From an uncultured Candidatus Saccharibacteria bacterium (GTDB taxonomy: Bacteria; Patescibacteriota; Minisyncoccia; UBA6257; 2-01-FULL-56-20): DNA of 64,000 nt. The stretch's first letter is position 1, and every line of letters begins with the position of its first letter. Positions 1-8,729 of this stretch are shown piece after piece. A program made the translations under genes and the position numbers. The stretch lies in contig CAYHXC010000001.1 of NCBI GenBank assembly GCA_964360585.1, forward strand, positions 21,907 through 85,906, in the 5' to 3' direction. Under the pieces are notes generated by a model. It was not told where the DNA came from and searched no databases. It saw only the letters and a program-made list of their open reading frames with translations.

Positions 1-467
1 CTACTTCCGCCACTTCCTTCGTCGCCATCACTTTCGCCATAGCGCAGACCCAATGTTTTTATGTTCCCTAAAACCGATTGGATCAGAACATCATCCTTGA
101 TCTTAAAATTTACGAAAGGACCGATGGCTTCAGCTGGTTGCCTCGAAGAACTCGTGTCTTTATTTAAAATATCGACAACTCGATTAACCAACGTCTTCAG
201 ATTTTTTTCACCGACGACGTTCCCAAGTTTAAAAACAGAAAAAGCGAGATCAAATGAAACATGTCCCGGCGGCAATTCGAGTTGAATCGCACTTTCCACT
301 TCATTCTTATTTCCAAATTCACCGAGAAGCGTCTCGACAATTTCTTTTTTAATGCGATAGAGAGTATATCCTTCGAGCGTCGCGCGAGTACTCGCTGGCT
401 CCATTAGTTTTTCCTCCACAGCCCGAAGTTCAATCTCGTTATTCTTTTTATACTCTTCAAAGTCCAT
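1..467 (-). CDS. argS: Arginyl-tRNA synthetase, N-terminal part (runs off the window edge)
   Basis: Manual translation from ATG 467: MDFEEYKKNN...LELPPGHVSFDLAF...AIGPFVNFKI...LGLRYGESD, resembling the ArgRS N-terminal domain; not in the ORF track. Confidence 0.6.
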   Translation of the reverse strand, partial: MDFEEYKKNNEIELRAVEEKLMEPASTRATLEGYTLYRIKKEIVETLLGEFGNKNEVESAIQLELPPGHVSFDLAFSVFKLGNVVGEKNLKTLVNRVVDILNKDTSSSRQPAEAIGPFVNFKIKDDVLIQSVLGNIKTLGLRYGESDGDEGSGGS

Positions 468-1259
468 TTACGGTGTTGCAACAATCGCCCGAATAACTTT
501 TTTAGTTTCCTCGGGACCAGACACCTGGATGTACTCCACCCCGGCCTCTACCGCCGCGTAATCATTCCCGCCAGGATAGATAGCGTCGCCGATAAAAAGC
601 ATTTCCGGAATCTGTATTTTCAACTCCTCTCCGATCTTCTTAATGCCGTAGGCCTTATCAATGCCTTTTCTCGTCACATCAATCGTCGTAATCCCTCCCA
701 GCCGCACCTCAAAGTCAGGTAGATATTTTGCTACACGATTACACATATCAATTCGAAGTGGATTGTGGGCCGCCTTCCACTTCTCTTTTTCCGGCGGCGG
801 TGCTTTTTGTCCAAGCGGCGAAAAGGAAACTTGGGTAAGCCGATCTTCAAGGTCGATACCATACATGGTTTCTGGACGTTGATAGTTAATATCCGCGAAA
901 ACCTTCTTAAACGCCTCTATGATTTTCTTTCTCTCCTCTTCACTCAATGCTTCCTCATAAACCTTCATCCACAAACCATCTTGCGAACGATAAAAAACAG
1001 TGGAGCATGTTGGAAATAAATAGAGATGCTCAATCGTTTTCGCCGGATAACGGGCAATTGCGAGAAACTGGGTTTCGAACTGACCAAAGTGACCGCCGGA
1101 GATAATCGCGACCATTTTTGTCTCCAGCAGTTTTCCAAGAAGATCCATCATCTCCTGATCCATTGGCGACTTACTGACCGTCAACGTCCCGTCCAAATCA
1201 AAAATAATAAGCTTTTTATCGGCGTAGCGCGCCCCAAGATCAGCCATAGAAGTATTCAT
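468..1259 (-). CDS. HAD superfamily IIB hydrolase, phosphomannomutase-like
   Basis: FDLDGTLT motif I; GITTIDVT..GIDKAYG; FIGDAIYPGGND. Confidence 0.85.
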   Translation of the reverse strand: MNTSMADLGARYADKKLIIFDLDGTLTVSKSPMDQEMMDLLGKLLETKMVAIISGGHFGQFETQFLAIARYPAKTIEHLYLFPTCSTVFYRSQDGLWMKVYEEALSEEERKKIIEAFKKVFADINYQRPETMYGIDLEDRLTQVSFSPLGQKAPPPEKEKWKAAHNPLRIDMCNRVAKYLPDFEVRLGGITTIDVTRKGIDKAYGIKKIGEELKIQIPEMLFIGDAIYPGGNDYAAVEAGVEYIQVSGPEETKKVIRAIVATP

Positions 1260-1290
1260 GAATCATACCAGCCGGAACCCCACTAATCAA

Positions 1291-1363
1291 TCTTTCGACT
1301 ACGCTCAAGATAAATCCCTTCGACAGGTTCGACAAGCTCACCGCAAACAAGCTCAGGGTAAAC
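1291..1363. repeat. REP-like short palindromes (CTTCGAC..GCTCAGG family), nested
   Basis: TTCGACTACGCTCAAGATAAA followed by CCCTTCGACAGGTTCGACAAGCTCACCGC..AAGCTCAGGGTAAAC; related units near 17431, 17715, 20820 and 22732. Confidence 0.7.
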
Positions 1364-1390
1364 AAAAAACCCCGCTCAACGAGGTTTTCT
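1364..1390 (-). terminator. Intrinsic terminator after the 6S-like RNA
   Basis: Minus strand AAAACCTCG-TTGAG-CGGGGTTTT hairpin with a T tract. Confidence 0.6.
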
Positions 1391-1394
1391 GGCA

Positions 1395-1518
1395 TCCCGA
1401 GAAGACAACCCAGCCCATAGCTAGGTGGGTGGGCTCAACCTCTTGTACCCCGGACGAACCAGCGGTAGCGAAGCACTTTGCCCTCCCTAAATGTAAAAGA
1501 TCTGGATCTTCTACGGGA
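1395..1518 (-). ncRNA. ssrS: Putative compact 6S RNA
   Basis: 5' TCCCGTAGAAGA pairs with 3' TCTTCTCGGGA; contains TTTAGGGAG and GCCCACCCACCT...GGGCTGGGTT, like the Firmicute 6S motif GCACCCACCTG..GCGGGTT; extended -10 TGGTATAAT just upstream; terminator downstream. Confidence 0.65.
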
Positions 1519-1599
1519 TAACCTCATTATACCAAATCAACTTATGAAGAAAAGATGATTGCGCTGATTGAGACGTGTACGCTGTGGTATTATGGAGAA

Positions 1600-2139
1600 A
1601 TGACCAAGTTATCCATCCTATCCTTAGTTATTCTTATTGCCGCCCTTATGGTTGGCTACTCCTTTATAACCCAGGTATCCTCACCACCTAAGCCGATTGC
1701 CTGCACCGAAGAAGCAATGCTCTGTCCGGATGGTTCGTCTGTTGGTCGAACTGGTCCACGGTGCGAGTTCGCCGAATGCCCCGCCGTTTCCTCTTCGACG
1801 ACACCAACTTCCACTTCCACCGGACAAAGCGGCATTCGCGGTATGGTCCTCCTCGGACCAATCTGTCCGGTCGAACGTATCCCGCCGGATCCAAAATGCG
1901 CCGCTAAGCCCTACGGAACAACCCTCGTCCTCACCTCTCCCGATCAGGCCCGCGTGATTAAAACGTTCAGCTCTGATCAGAACGGAAAGTTCGTGATTCA
2001 AATCGCGCCAGGCGACTACGCCATCCGATCGGCCGCGGCGGCCAATATTCTGCCCTACTGCGCCAGCAACGACACAATTCACGTCAGCCCCGGCATCCTC
2101 ACTGAAGTAAACGTAAGCTGCGATACGGGAATTAGATAA
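1600..2139 (+). CDS. Membrane-anchored Cys-rich surface protein
   Basis: N-terminal TM helix; ACTEEAMLCPDGSSVGRTGPRCEFAECP module; C-terminal beta-sandwich-like domain; likely start ATG 1600. Confidence 0.7.
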   Translation: MTKLSILSLVILIAALMVGYSFITQVSSPPKPIACTEEAMLCPDGSSVGRTGPRCEFAECPAVSSSTTPTSTSTGQSGIRGMVLLGPICPVERIPPDPKCAAKPYGTTLVLTSPDQARVIKTFSSDQNGKFVIQIAPGDYAIRSAAAANILPYCASNDTIHVSPGILTEVNVSCDTGIR

Positions 2140-2149
2140 CCCCCTTCCC

Positions 2150-2407
2150 CTCCACAGTGGGCAAAGCTAATAAAAATGACCCGGAGAGGGTCATTTTTAT
2201 TTCTAACGCTTGGCCCACTGTGGAGTCGCTACGCTCCTTAGAAACCCTCGGTTTCTAAACGTCCTCGCTTTTTGCTCGGACTATTTCCTACACGGGGAGA
2301 GGCTCATTTCCCGCCCCTCCCCGGCCCCCTCCCTCTCCGCAATAGGCCAAATCAAAAACCGCCCAGAGGCGGTTTTTGATTACTCTATCGCTTGGCCCAT
2401 TGCGGAG
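2150..2407. repeat. Tandem units of rpsI 3' end + terminator + inverted copy of the 3' end
   Basis: 2203-2225 repeats 2385-2407; inverted copies at 2150-2167 and 2335-2350; terminator hairpins at about 2170-2200 and 2351-2380. Confidence 0.8.
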
Positions 2408-2810
2408 CACGGCGGGCTTTCTTCAAGCCATACTTCTTGCGCTCTACCATACGAGGATCGCGCGTAGTGAATCCTAGGGCTCGCAAACGAGGCTTCAGGG
2501 CCTCATCGGAAACAATCAAAGCGCGAGCGACGCCATGACGAACCGCCTCCGCCTGAGCGGCAATACCTCCGCCGGAAACATGCGCATCAACGCCATACTT
2601 TCCCAAAAGCTGAAGATCGTTCAACGAAGATTCGGCCACAGTCTGCAATTTCTTGAGCGGGAAATAGTCGGCTACTTTTTTGTCATTAATAGAAAACTTC
2701 GTCCCCTCTTTGGTAATGCGAACCCGAGCGACGGCAGTTTTTCTCCGGCCAATGCCTTCAAAATACTTGTGGCTGACTTTGGCTGATTTTTTTGTTTCTT
2801 GTTTAACCAT
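2385..2810 (-). CDS. rpsI: 30S ribosomal protein S9
   Basis: GRRKTAVARV; RDPRMVERKKYGLKKARRAPQWAKR. Confidence 0.98.
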   Translation of the reverse strand: MVKQETKKSAKVSHKYFEGIGRRKTAVARVRITKEGTKFSINDKKVADYFPLKKLQTVAESSLNDLQLLGKYGVDAHVSGGGIAAQAEAVRHGVARALIVSDEALKPRLRALGFTTRDPRMVERKKYGLKKARRAPQWAKR

Positions 2811-2811
2811 A

Positions 2812-3180
2812 TTACTTTGCAGATTTTATTTCCTCACGGTCGACAAAAACCAGATTCTTGAGCCGTGGCTGATTGATAAAATTCTTCGGCAGCATGTGAC
2901 GGACGGTTTCTCGGATAACTTTCTTCGGATCGCGCGTGAAAGCTTCCTCAAACGTCAGACTCTTCAGGTGTCCCATATAGCCAGTGTGACGGTAATAGAC
3001 CTTATCTTTGAATTTCTTGCCGCCGATGGTGACTTTGTCCCAGTTTTTTAAAATAACCCGATCAACGCTCACTTTATGCGGTGCATAGTCCGCGCTTTTT
3101 TTACCCTGAAGAATCACGGCGATCTCCGAGGCCAGGCGTCCAAATCTTTTGTTTTCCGCATCAATATGGTGATCTGCCAT
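2812..3180 (-). CDS. rplM: 50S ribosomal protein L13
   Basis: IDAENKRFGRLASEIA; YYRHTGYMGHLK; likely start ATG 3180. Confidence 0.97.
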   Translation of the reverse strand: MADHHIDAENKRFGRLASEIAVILQGKKSADYAPHKVSVDRVILKNWDKVTIGGKKFKDKVYYRHTGYMGHLKSLTFEEAFTRDPKKVIRETVRHMLPKNFINQPRLKNLVFVDREEIKSAK

Positions 3181-3391
3181 TTTTCTCTTAATTTTTAGCA
3201 AAAAAATTAGCTAGAAAACTGAGCATCCCGCTCCAGTTCTCGGGAACATTTTGGGTAGTAAAAGGGTTGGCGCGGAATGCCGGCTTCGCCTTTGATTGTG
3301 TGGGTATGAGATTCGTCATAGGAACTGGGGCGGGATAAAGGTTTGGTGATGCAAAATAGTACACTATTCGTTTATATTTTTCAACCAAGCC

Positions 3392-3745
3392 CTATACAAA
3401 CTCTATCGTCACCAGCACGGAGGCATCGCGGCGACGAACTTTGGCTGACTTTTTAATCCGCAGATACCCGCCTTTCCGGTCGGCATACCGAGGAGACAGA
3501 ACCTCAAACACCTTGTGGGCCATCCGTTCGTTGTGCAGGCGCTGAATTAAGAGCCGTCGAGCGGCGAGCGTTTGCTTCTTCCCCATGGTAACCAACTTCT
3601 CAACCTGCGGACGAATTTCCTTAGCGCGGGCTTCGGTCGTCTCGATGCTCTCATGACGCACCAAATTATTCACCAGGTTTCTCAAAAATGGCGCTCGCTT
3701 CGAGGCAATGCGATGAAATTTTCTGCCGCGCTTTCGGTGCTGCAT
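3392..3745 (-). CDS. rplQ: 50S ribosomal protein L17
   Basis: MQHRKRGRK; IETTEARAKE; RKGGYLRI. Confidence 0.97.
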   Translation of the reverse strand: MQHRKRGRKFHRIASKRAPFLRNLVNNLVRHESIETTEARAKEIRPQVEKLVTMGKKQTLAARRLLIQRLHNERMAHKVFEVLSPRYADRKGGYLRIKKSAKVRRRDASVLVTIEFV

Positions 3746-3748
3746 GTT

Positions 3749-4510
3749 TTAAGCTGATTTCTTTTTAGTAGTTTTCTTTTTAGCCTCCTTCACCACTGCG
3801 GTGATCTCAAATGACTGCTCCGGAACCTGGGCTACCTTCTCGAAGTGATCCCGCAAAACATTCGAAGCTTTGTGGAGCGCTGAAGAAGGGCTCAAAGTGC
3901 CGTCAGTTTCCACTTCTAAATGGAGTTTGTTGTAATCAGTCCGTTCGCCAACACGCATGTCCTGAATGACATAGTTCACTTTCGTGACTGGCGAGAAGAA
4001 AGCATCCAGGGCGATCACCCCAATACCCAACTTTTCTCGCTTTCGTGATTCAACAGCGGAGTAACCCAAACCGCGCTCAACAGTCACTTCAAGTTCGAGA
4101 ACGCTCGATTTTCCGGTCAAAGTGGCAATCGGCGCATCCGGATTAATGATCTCCACTTCGGCGTTGGTTTCAAAGTCGCGGGCGGTAATCGCCGTCTCTC
4201 CTTTGGCGCTCAAGAGCAATACTTGCGGCTCGTCCGTGTGGACGCGGAACCGGAGTTGTTTCAAATTCAGACTCATTTCAATCACATCCTCCTTCACGCC
4301 CGGCAGGGTTGAAAACTCATGGGACACGCCTTTCACCTTAAACTGCGTCACGGCGGCGCCTGGCAAAGAAGAAAGCAAAGCCCGACGGAGAGCGTTTCCG
4401 ACCGTTAAGCCATAACCCGAATACAATCCTTCGACTTCAAAGACACCTTGGCGCGCGTCCTCGGAGATAACCTTGATTGAAACTGCTTCGCTTAAATGAG
4501 TAATTTTCAT
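3749..4510 (-). CDS. rpoA: RNA polymerase alpha subunit lacking the alpha-CTD
   Basis: GYGLTVGNALRRALLSSLPG; HEFSTLPGVKEDV; DAFFSPV; 253 aa ending in a Lys-rich tail. Confidence 0.97.
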   Translation of the reverse strand: MKITHLSEAVSIKVISEDARQGVFEVEGLYSGYGLTVGNALRRALLSSLPGAAVTQFKVKGVSHEFSTLPGVKEDVIEMSLNLKQLRFRVHTDEPQVLLLSAKGETAITARDFETNAEVEIINPDAPIATLTGKSSVLELEVTVERGLGYSAVESRKREKLGIGVIALDAFFSPVTKVNYVIQDMRVGERTDYNKLHLEVETDGTLSPSSALHKASNVLRDHFEKVAQVPEQSFEITAVVKEAKKKTTKKKSA

Positions 4511-4526
4511 AGGTATAAATTCGACG

Positions 4527-5150
4527 CTATTTTGTAAATGACTGCACGAGCAAACTCACATCAAAACGCTGTTCCAAATCGGCCGGCGCGTTTAACACTT
4601 CGCCAGTAATTTTATTGGTATTGAACGACAACCAGGTCGGTCGGTCTTTTTTCTCGAGCGCCTCTTTGCCGTCCTTAATTAATCTGGCCATCGCTTTCGA
4701 TCCTTGGCGGAAACCAATCACATCGCCCTTCTCGACCAGAACACTCGGTGTTCTTGTATTCTTGCCGTTAATCGTAATATGTCCCTGGCTGACCATCTGT
4801 CGGGCGGCGGCGCGCGACGGCGCAAAACCGAGACGGAAAATAGTGTTGTCCAAACGACGTTCCAAAAGCTCCAAAAGCTTGTGGGCGGTTGGGGCTTTGT
4901 CCTGGTGAGCAATCTCAAAAAGACGGCGAAGGGCTTTGTCGGTTAAACCATAACTCACTTTAAATTTCTGTTTCTCGCGAATCTGGCGGCCAAAGTCAGA
5001 CACTTTTCGCGGGCGTGAAGGATTCGGACCGTGCGCTCCCGGCGGATAGGGTTTTCGCAAAGCCGCGCATTTCGGCGACAAACACCGATCCCCTTTCAAG
5101 TGGAGACTTTCGCCCAAAAACCGTTCTCTTTTTTCTTTAGCTTTAATCAT
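4527..5150 (-). CDS. rpsD: 30S ribosomal protein S4
   Basis: PPGAHG; LERRLDNTIFRLGFA; ARQMVSQGHI. Confidence 0.97.
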   Translation of the reverse strand: MIKAKEKRERFLGESLHLKGDRCLSPKCAALRKPYPPGAHGPNPSRPRKVSDFGRQIREKQKFKVSYGLTDKALRRLFEIAHQDKAPTAHKLLELLERRLDNTIFRLGFAPSRAAARQMVSQGHITINGKNTRTPSVLVEKGDVIGFRQGSKAMARLIKDGKEALEKKDRPTWLSFNTNKITGEVLNAPADLEQRFDVSLLVQSFTK

Positions 5151-5263
5151 GAGAGTAATCGCTAATAATGCGAATGGATGTAAATAATGCTAATTCTTGG
5201 TGCTTAGTTCTTGGCATTTTATTCGCGTTATTTGTAGAAATTGGCATTATTCGTGATACCTTG
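5151..5263. repeat. Intergenic hairpin built from short degenerate repeats
   Basis: AATAATGCGAAT/AATAATGCTAAT versus ATTCGCGTTATT/ATTGGCATTATT, between the rpsK stop and rpsD start. Confidence 0.55.
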
Positions 5264-5707
5264 TTAAACGCGGCGCACTTTTCGCGGACGCGGACCGTTG
5301 TGGGCAACCGGCGTGGCATCGCGAATGGAAACAATATTGAAACCGTGGTTCGGAAGCGATCGAACAGCCGAATCGCGTCCACTGCCGATGCCTTTCACGA
5401 TAACCTGGACATCAACCGGACCGGTGTTCTTCAGACGCTCGGCTAAGGCGGCGATAATCTTCGAAGAGGCAAATGGCGTGGCTTTCTTCGGGCCGGAAAA
5501 ACCAAGCGCGCCGGATGAGGCCCAGGCTAAGACCTCACCCTTCGAGTCGGTCACGGTAATCATGGTGTTGTTGTAGGATGCGTTGATATAAACGCGGCCC
5601 TCCTGGACTTTACGGGCTTTCCCCTTGCCCGAAGCGCCGCTTCGAACAGCCGCATCTTTCACGGCTGGATCGTCTCCTGATTTTGAAATGACTTTTTTCT
5701 TTCCCAT
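5264..5707 (-). CDS. rpsK: 30S ribosomal protein S11
   Basis: ASYNNTMITVTD; KKATPFA; TPVAHNGPRP. Confidence 0.98.
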   Translation of the reverse strand: MGKKKVISKSGDDPAVKDAAVRSGASGKGKARKVQEGRVYINASYNNTMITVTDSKGEVLAWASSGALGFSGPKKATPFASSKIIAALAERLKNTGPVDVQVIVKGIGSGRDSAVRSLPNHGFNIVSIRDATPVAHNGPRPRKVRRV

Positions 5708-5947
5708 GTGCCAAATTTATATAAATTTACGAGCTGGTACAGCGAAGTCAAATGTATTGCTAAATTTGAGCATCCCCCCACCAACCTTTATGACGACTAA
5801 GTGTATCAGAAATCGGAGGCGTAAGCCGACACTGTGTGTCAGTCTATGGGTATACCAAAGACTAGTCACGAGGTTGGTAGGGGGATAACGGTTTTCTAGA
5901 TAAATTTTATTCATAATTATAAGGTAGGAAAATGTATAGAAAACTCG

Positions 5948-6331
5948 TTATTTCAGATCAACTTTTCTCTTACCACTGCCGGCGGTCTTACGGACGTTAC
6001 CGCGAACCGTTCGGGAATTGGTTTTGGTGCGCTGGCCATGGACCGGCAAACGACGGGCGTGTCGAGAACCGCGATAACTGCCAATTTCTTTCAAAATCTG
6101 GATGTTGCGGCGAACCTGCTGGCGAAGATTACCTTCGACCGGAACATGCTTTTCGATATAGCTGATAATTTTGTTGGTTTCCTCGGCGGTCAGTTCTTTG
6201 GCTTTCTTGGTTGGCTTAATGCCGGAGTTCTTCAAAATATTTCCGCTCACAACCGGGCCGACGCCATAAATATACGTTAGGGCAACGTTTACAGATTTAT
6301 TGTCGGGGATGGTGACTCCAAGAATTCGCAT
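5948..6331 (-). CDS. rpsM: 30S ribosomal protein S13
   Basis: ALTYIYGVG; SYRGSRH; LPVHGQRTKTNSRT. Confidence 0.98.
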   Translation of the reverse strand: MRILGVTIPDNKSVNVALTYIYGVGPVVSGNILKNSGIKPTKKAKELTAEETNKIISYIEKHVPVEGNLRQQVRRNIQILKEIGSYRGSRHARRLPVHGQRTKTNSRTVRGNVRKTAGSGKRKVDLK

Positions 6332-6430
6332 AATTTAAAATTAAAAATGTAAAGTTAAAAATTGAATGTATCCTGGCAAAATACCAGAGAAATCAGAATT
6401 TTTCATTTTGACTTTTGCCTTTTGCATTTT
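6332..6430. repeat. Heptamer-periodic AT-rich inverted repeat between rpmJ and rpsM
   Basis: AATTTAAAATTAAAAATGTAAAGTTAAAAA versus TTTTTCATTTTGACTTTTGCCTTTTGCATTTT. Confidence 0.55.
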
Positions 6431-6544
6431 TTAGCCTTGTCGTTGTTTATGTTTCGGATTTTTGCAAACAACATACAACCGTCCGCCGCGACGGACAATT
6501 TTGCAATTTAAACACCGCTTCTTGATGGAAGAATGAACCTGCAT
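6431..6544 (-). CDS. rpmJ: 50S ribosomal protein L36 (zinc-ribbon type)
   Basis: Manual translation [37 protein letters not shown]; lies between infA and rpsM. Confidence 0.96.
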   Translation of the reverse strand: MQVHSSIKKRCLNCKIVRRGGRLYVVCKNPKHKQRQG

Positions 6545-6557
6545 GTCGTTGGTCAGC

Positions 6558-6779
6558 TTATAAACGTCTCACGATTCTCCCCCGATGACCATCAGGAGAT
6601 AATTCCAAGAGAACCTCATCGCCGGGTAAAACTTTGATGTGGTGGAGTTTCAGCTTACCGGCAAGATAAGCCAAGACTTCTCGGTCGTGATCAATAAGCT
6701 TAACTCGGAAAGAGAGTCCCGGAAGGGACTCTTCTACCTTGCCACGCTCACGACCAGCCTCTCTAGAGTTAGAAACCAT
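6558..6779 (-). CDS. infA: Translation initiation factor IF-1
   Basis: [14 protein letters not shown]; AYLAGKL; [10 protein letters not shown]; RGRIVRR. Confidence 0.95.
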   Translation of the reverse strand: MVSNSREAGRERGKVEESLPGLSFRVKLIDHDREVLAYLAGKLKLHHIKVLPGDEVLLELSPDGHRGRIVRRL

Positions 6780-6796
6780 CTATAAACAGTTCAAGG

Positions 6797-6826
6797 ATTA
6801 TAACCGCAACTTTATATGTTTGTCAA
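6797..6826 (-). promoter_or_regulatory. Sigma70 promoter of the infA-rplQ operon
   Basis: TTGACA-N18-TATAAT on the minus strand upstream of infA. Confidence 0.75.
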
Positions 6827-6949
6827 TCAGGTCGTGAAAGTTCGAACTATGCGAATAAGAACTGGTCACTTTGAAAGCAATGTATTCTAGTAATTTGTCT
6901 TATATTGCCCAGGAAAACGGATTCCCTCCTTCGAACTTCTACTTCCTGA
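6827..6949. mobile_element. IR-bounded hairpin element, family A (CAGGTAGTGAAAATTCGA ends)
   Basis: TCAGGTCGTGAAAGTTCGAA ... TTCGAACTTCTACTTCCTGA. Confidence 0.6.
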
Positions 6950-6964
6950 CAATCGGATTGGAGG

Positions 6965-8605
6965 CTAGTTCACAATGAGGGTAATATGGGCCGAATTTCC
7001 CGGAACCCGCCAGAGCCACGGCGGCCAGATGCCAATTTTAGCTTGCTCGAGGCCGGGAAGATTCGAGAGGATAGCCTGGGCTTCACTTAATGATTTTCCG
7101 GCCAACTGACCCCCCAAGGTCTTCTCATCCAACGGACTGACGAGGACTGCTTCGCTCTTCACACCCACACTCATCTTTCCGTTTACAAAATCCGGCTGGG
7201 CGTTGGAATAGGTTAAGGTAACGGTCTTAAAAACCTGATCGGCATTTGTTTCCTTCATCATACTCTCGAAAACTCGCTTCACATCTTCTTCTTTAAAGGC
7301 GATCACGGATAACTGGCCATCGCCCTGCACATTGAAATTCCCCTGCTCGTCAACGGCTTTATCTACGGCCAGCTTGGAAATCTGGACGGTTGAGGCCTCT
7401 TTTAAAATTTTCAACTCCTCTGGCACGCGGCGTCGGATATCAATGTCGAGCGAGGACTGAAGAATGCTTTTTGTTTTTTCTTCCGCTTTCGCGATGTCCT
7501 CGTCGGTCGGGTACGGCGCTTCGCCGATCACACCGCCTTTGGCTTTTTCTTTCATAACCGCATAAAAACCGTCGTAGCGCGGCGTTCCTTTGAACCCAAC
7601 GACGGTCATTTTGTCGAACGGACCAACATTATAATCGCTTCCTGCCTGATCGGCCGTAACCGTGGTATCGATGCCGACCGGCGTGATCTTTCCATTATCA
7701 AGCTTGGCTCCGGGAATGGTGATCTTGTTGTCAAGACGAAATATTTTGCCGTCAGGCGTGGCCAATCGCGTGGTGGCAACGAGGGTCTGCGGCGACGAGT
7801 CATAGGCATTATAGAGCGTCACTTTGGCCGTGGCCTTTTGGGTGGTTTGCTTCTTACCGGATGCTTTAAAGAACTGGACGGTGTTTTTCTTTTCCGTGAA
7901 AAGCGAGGCGGGCACAATCACACCCCCCGCGCGAGCGGCTGCCGGCGATTTATCGGCCACAATAACCACACTCGACTGCCACGGTGTTTTTTTCTGGGTA
8001 ATTGAAATATCGGCTCGTCCCAAAGCGCGGCTGCCGCCCCAAAGACCGACACCGAAAACGATCAGTCCGAGAACAATAATCCAGGTATATCGCCGGCGTT
8101 TTGGTTCCGGTTCAAACGAAATTGATTCTTCGCTCTCTTCCACTTCCTCATCCTCTCCTTCACCTATCGCGATCTCTTCTTTTTTCTTGGAGTGAAACCG
8201 GGCGCGCAACTTCATGAATCGCCGCCGCGGTTTTTCGGCAACTTTTTCCTCTCGTTCTTCCTCCACCTCTCCCTCAACTTCCTCCTCGGCTTCTTCCGCC
8301 TTTTTTACGTGGTGGCGCGGACGAATATCAGAAAGCATCTCACGCTTTTTCGCTCCCTCAAAAAGCGGATGGATCCGCTCCAGTCCCTGTTTTTCAGCCA
8401 GTCCCAAAATATGCTCATCAATTGATTCGATGATGAGTGTTTTTCCGGCCTCTTCGGCGTGCTTTTTTAAAAGATGAAGATGATTCCCCTCGCCCAACTT
8501 CGAGCCGCGAGGCACGACGAGCGTGATGACATCATAGGGTGCGTCCGCTACTTTTTCCGCGAGAATGGTGACGGTTTCTTTCTTATCAACAAATATTTTG
8601 AACAT
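6965..8605 (-). CDS. Conserved membrane-anchored protein, baseplate-J-like extracellular region
   Basis: Charged N-terminus, single TM helix, then LVATTRLATPDGKIFRL...VTADQAGSDYNV. Confidence 0.6.
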   Translation of the reverse strand: MFKIFVDKKETVTILAEKVADAPYDVITLVVPRGSKLGEGNHLHLLKKHAEEAGKTLIIESIDEHILGLAEKQGLERIHPLFEGAKKREMLSDIRPRHHVKKAEEAEEEVEGEVEEEREEKVAEKPRRRFMKLRARFHSKKKEEIAIGEGEDEEVEESEESISFEPEPKRRRYTWIIVLGLIVFGVGLWGGSRALGRADISITQKKTPWQSSVVIVADKSPAAARAGGVIVPASLFTEKKNTVQFFKASGKKQTTQKATAKVTLYNAYDSSPQTLVATTRLATPDGKIFRLDNKITIPGAKLDNGKITPVGIDTTVTADQAGSDYNVGPFDKMTVVGFKGTPRYDGFYAVMKEKAKGGVIGEAPYPTDEDIAKAEEKTKSILQSSLDIDIRRRVPEELKILKEASTVQISKLAVDKAVDEQGNFNVQGDGQLSVIAFKEEDVKRVFESMMKETNADQVFKTVTLTYSNAQPDFVNGKMSVGVKSEAVLVSPLDEKTLGGQLAGKSLSEAQAILSNLPGLEQAKIGIWPPWLWRVPGNSAHITLIVN

Positions 8606-8729
8606 GCCAGGTAGTGAAAATTCGACTAGGAATTGCGAGACTCTTTATCATGAAAATAGATACTGGTTTGGATCACAGCTTTGAATTATAAACTAAAAAA
8701 GGCATGCCCGTCGAATTTCTACTCCCTGG
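8606..8729. mobile_element. Family A hairpin element filling the whole stop-to-start gap
   Basis: GCCAGGTAGTGAAAATTCGAC ... GTCGAATTTCTACTCCCTGG; bounded by stop 8730-8732 and ATG 8605. Confidence 0.7.

Noticed and set aside
3188-3388. 66-aa ORF between rplQ and rplM
   Set aside because: More likely promoter/leader sequence (TTGAAA..TACTAT-like boxes and hairpins); no coding evidence
5717-5914. 65-aa ORF between rpsM and rpsK
   Set aside because: No recognisable motif and only weak flanking complementarity; it may be a decayed insert but cannot be supported
6965-8605. Prophage, suggested by the baseplate-J-like region
   Set aside because: A membrane-anchored singleton among housekeeping genes with no other phage genes
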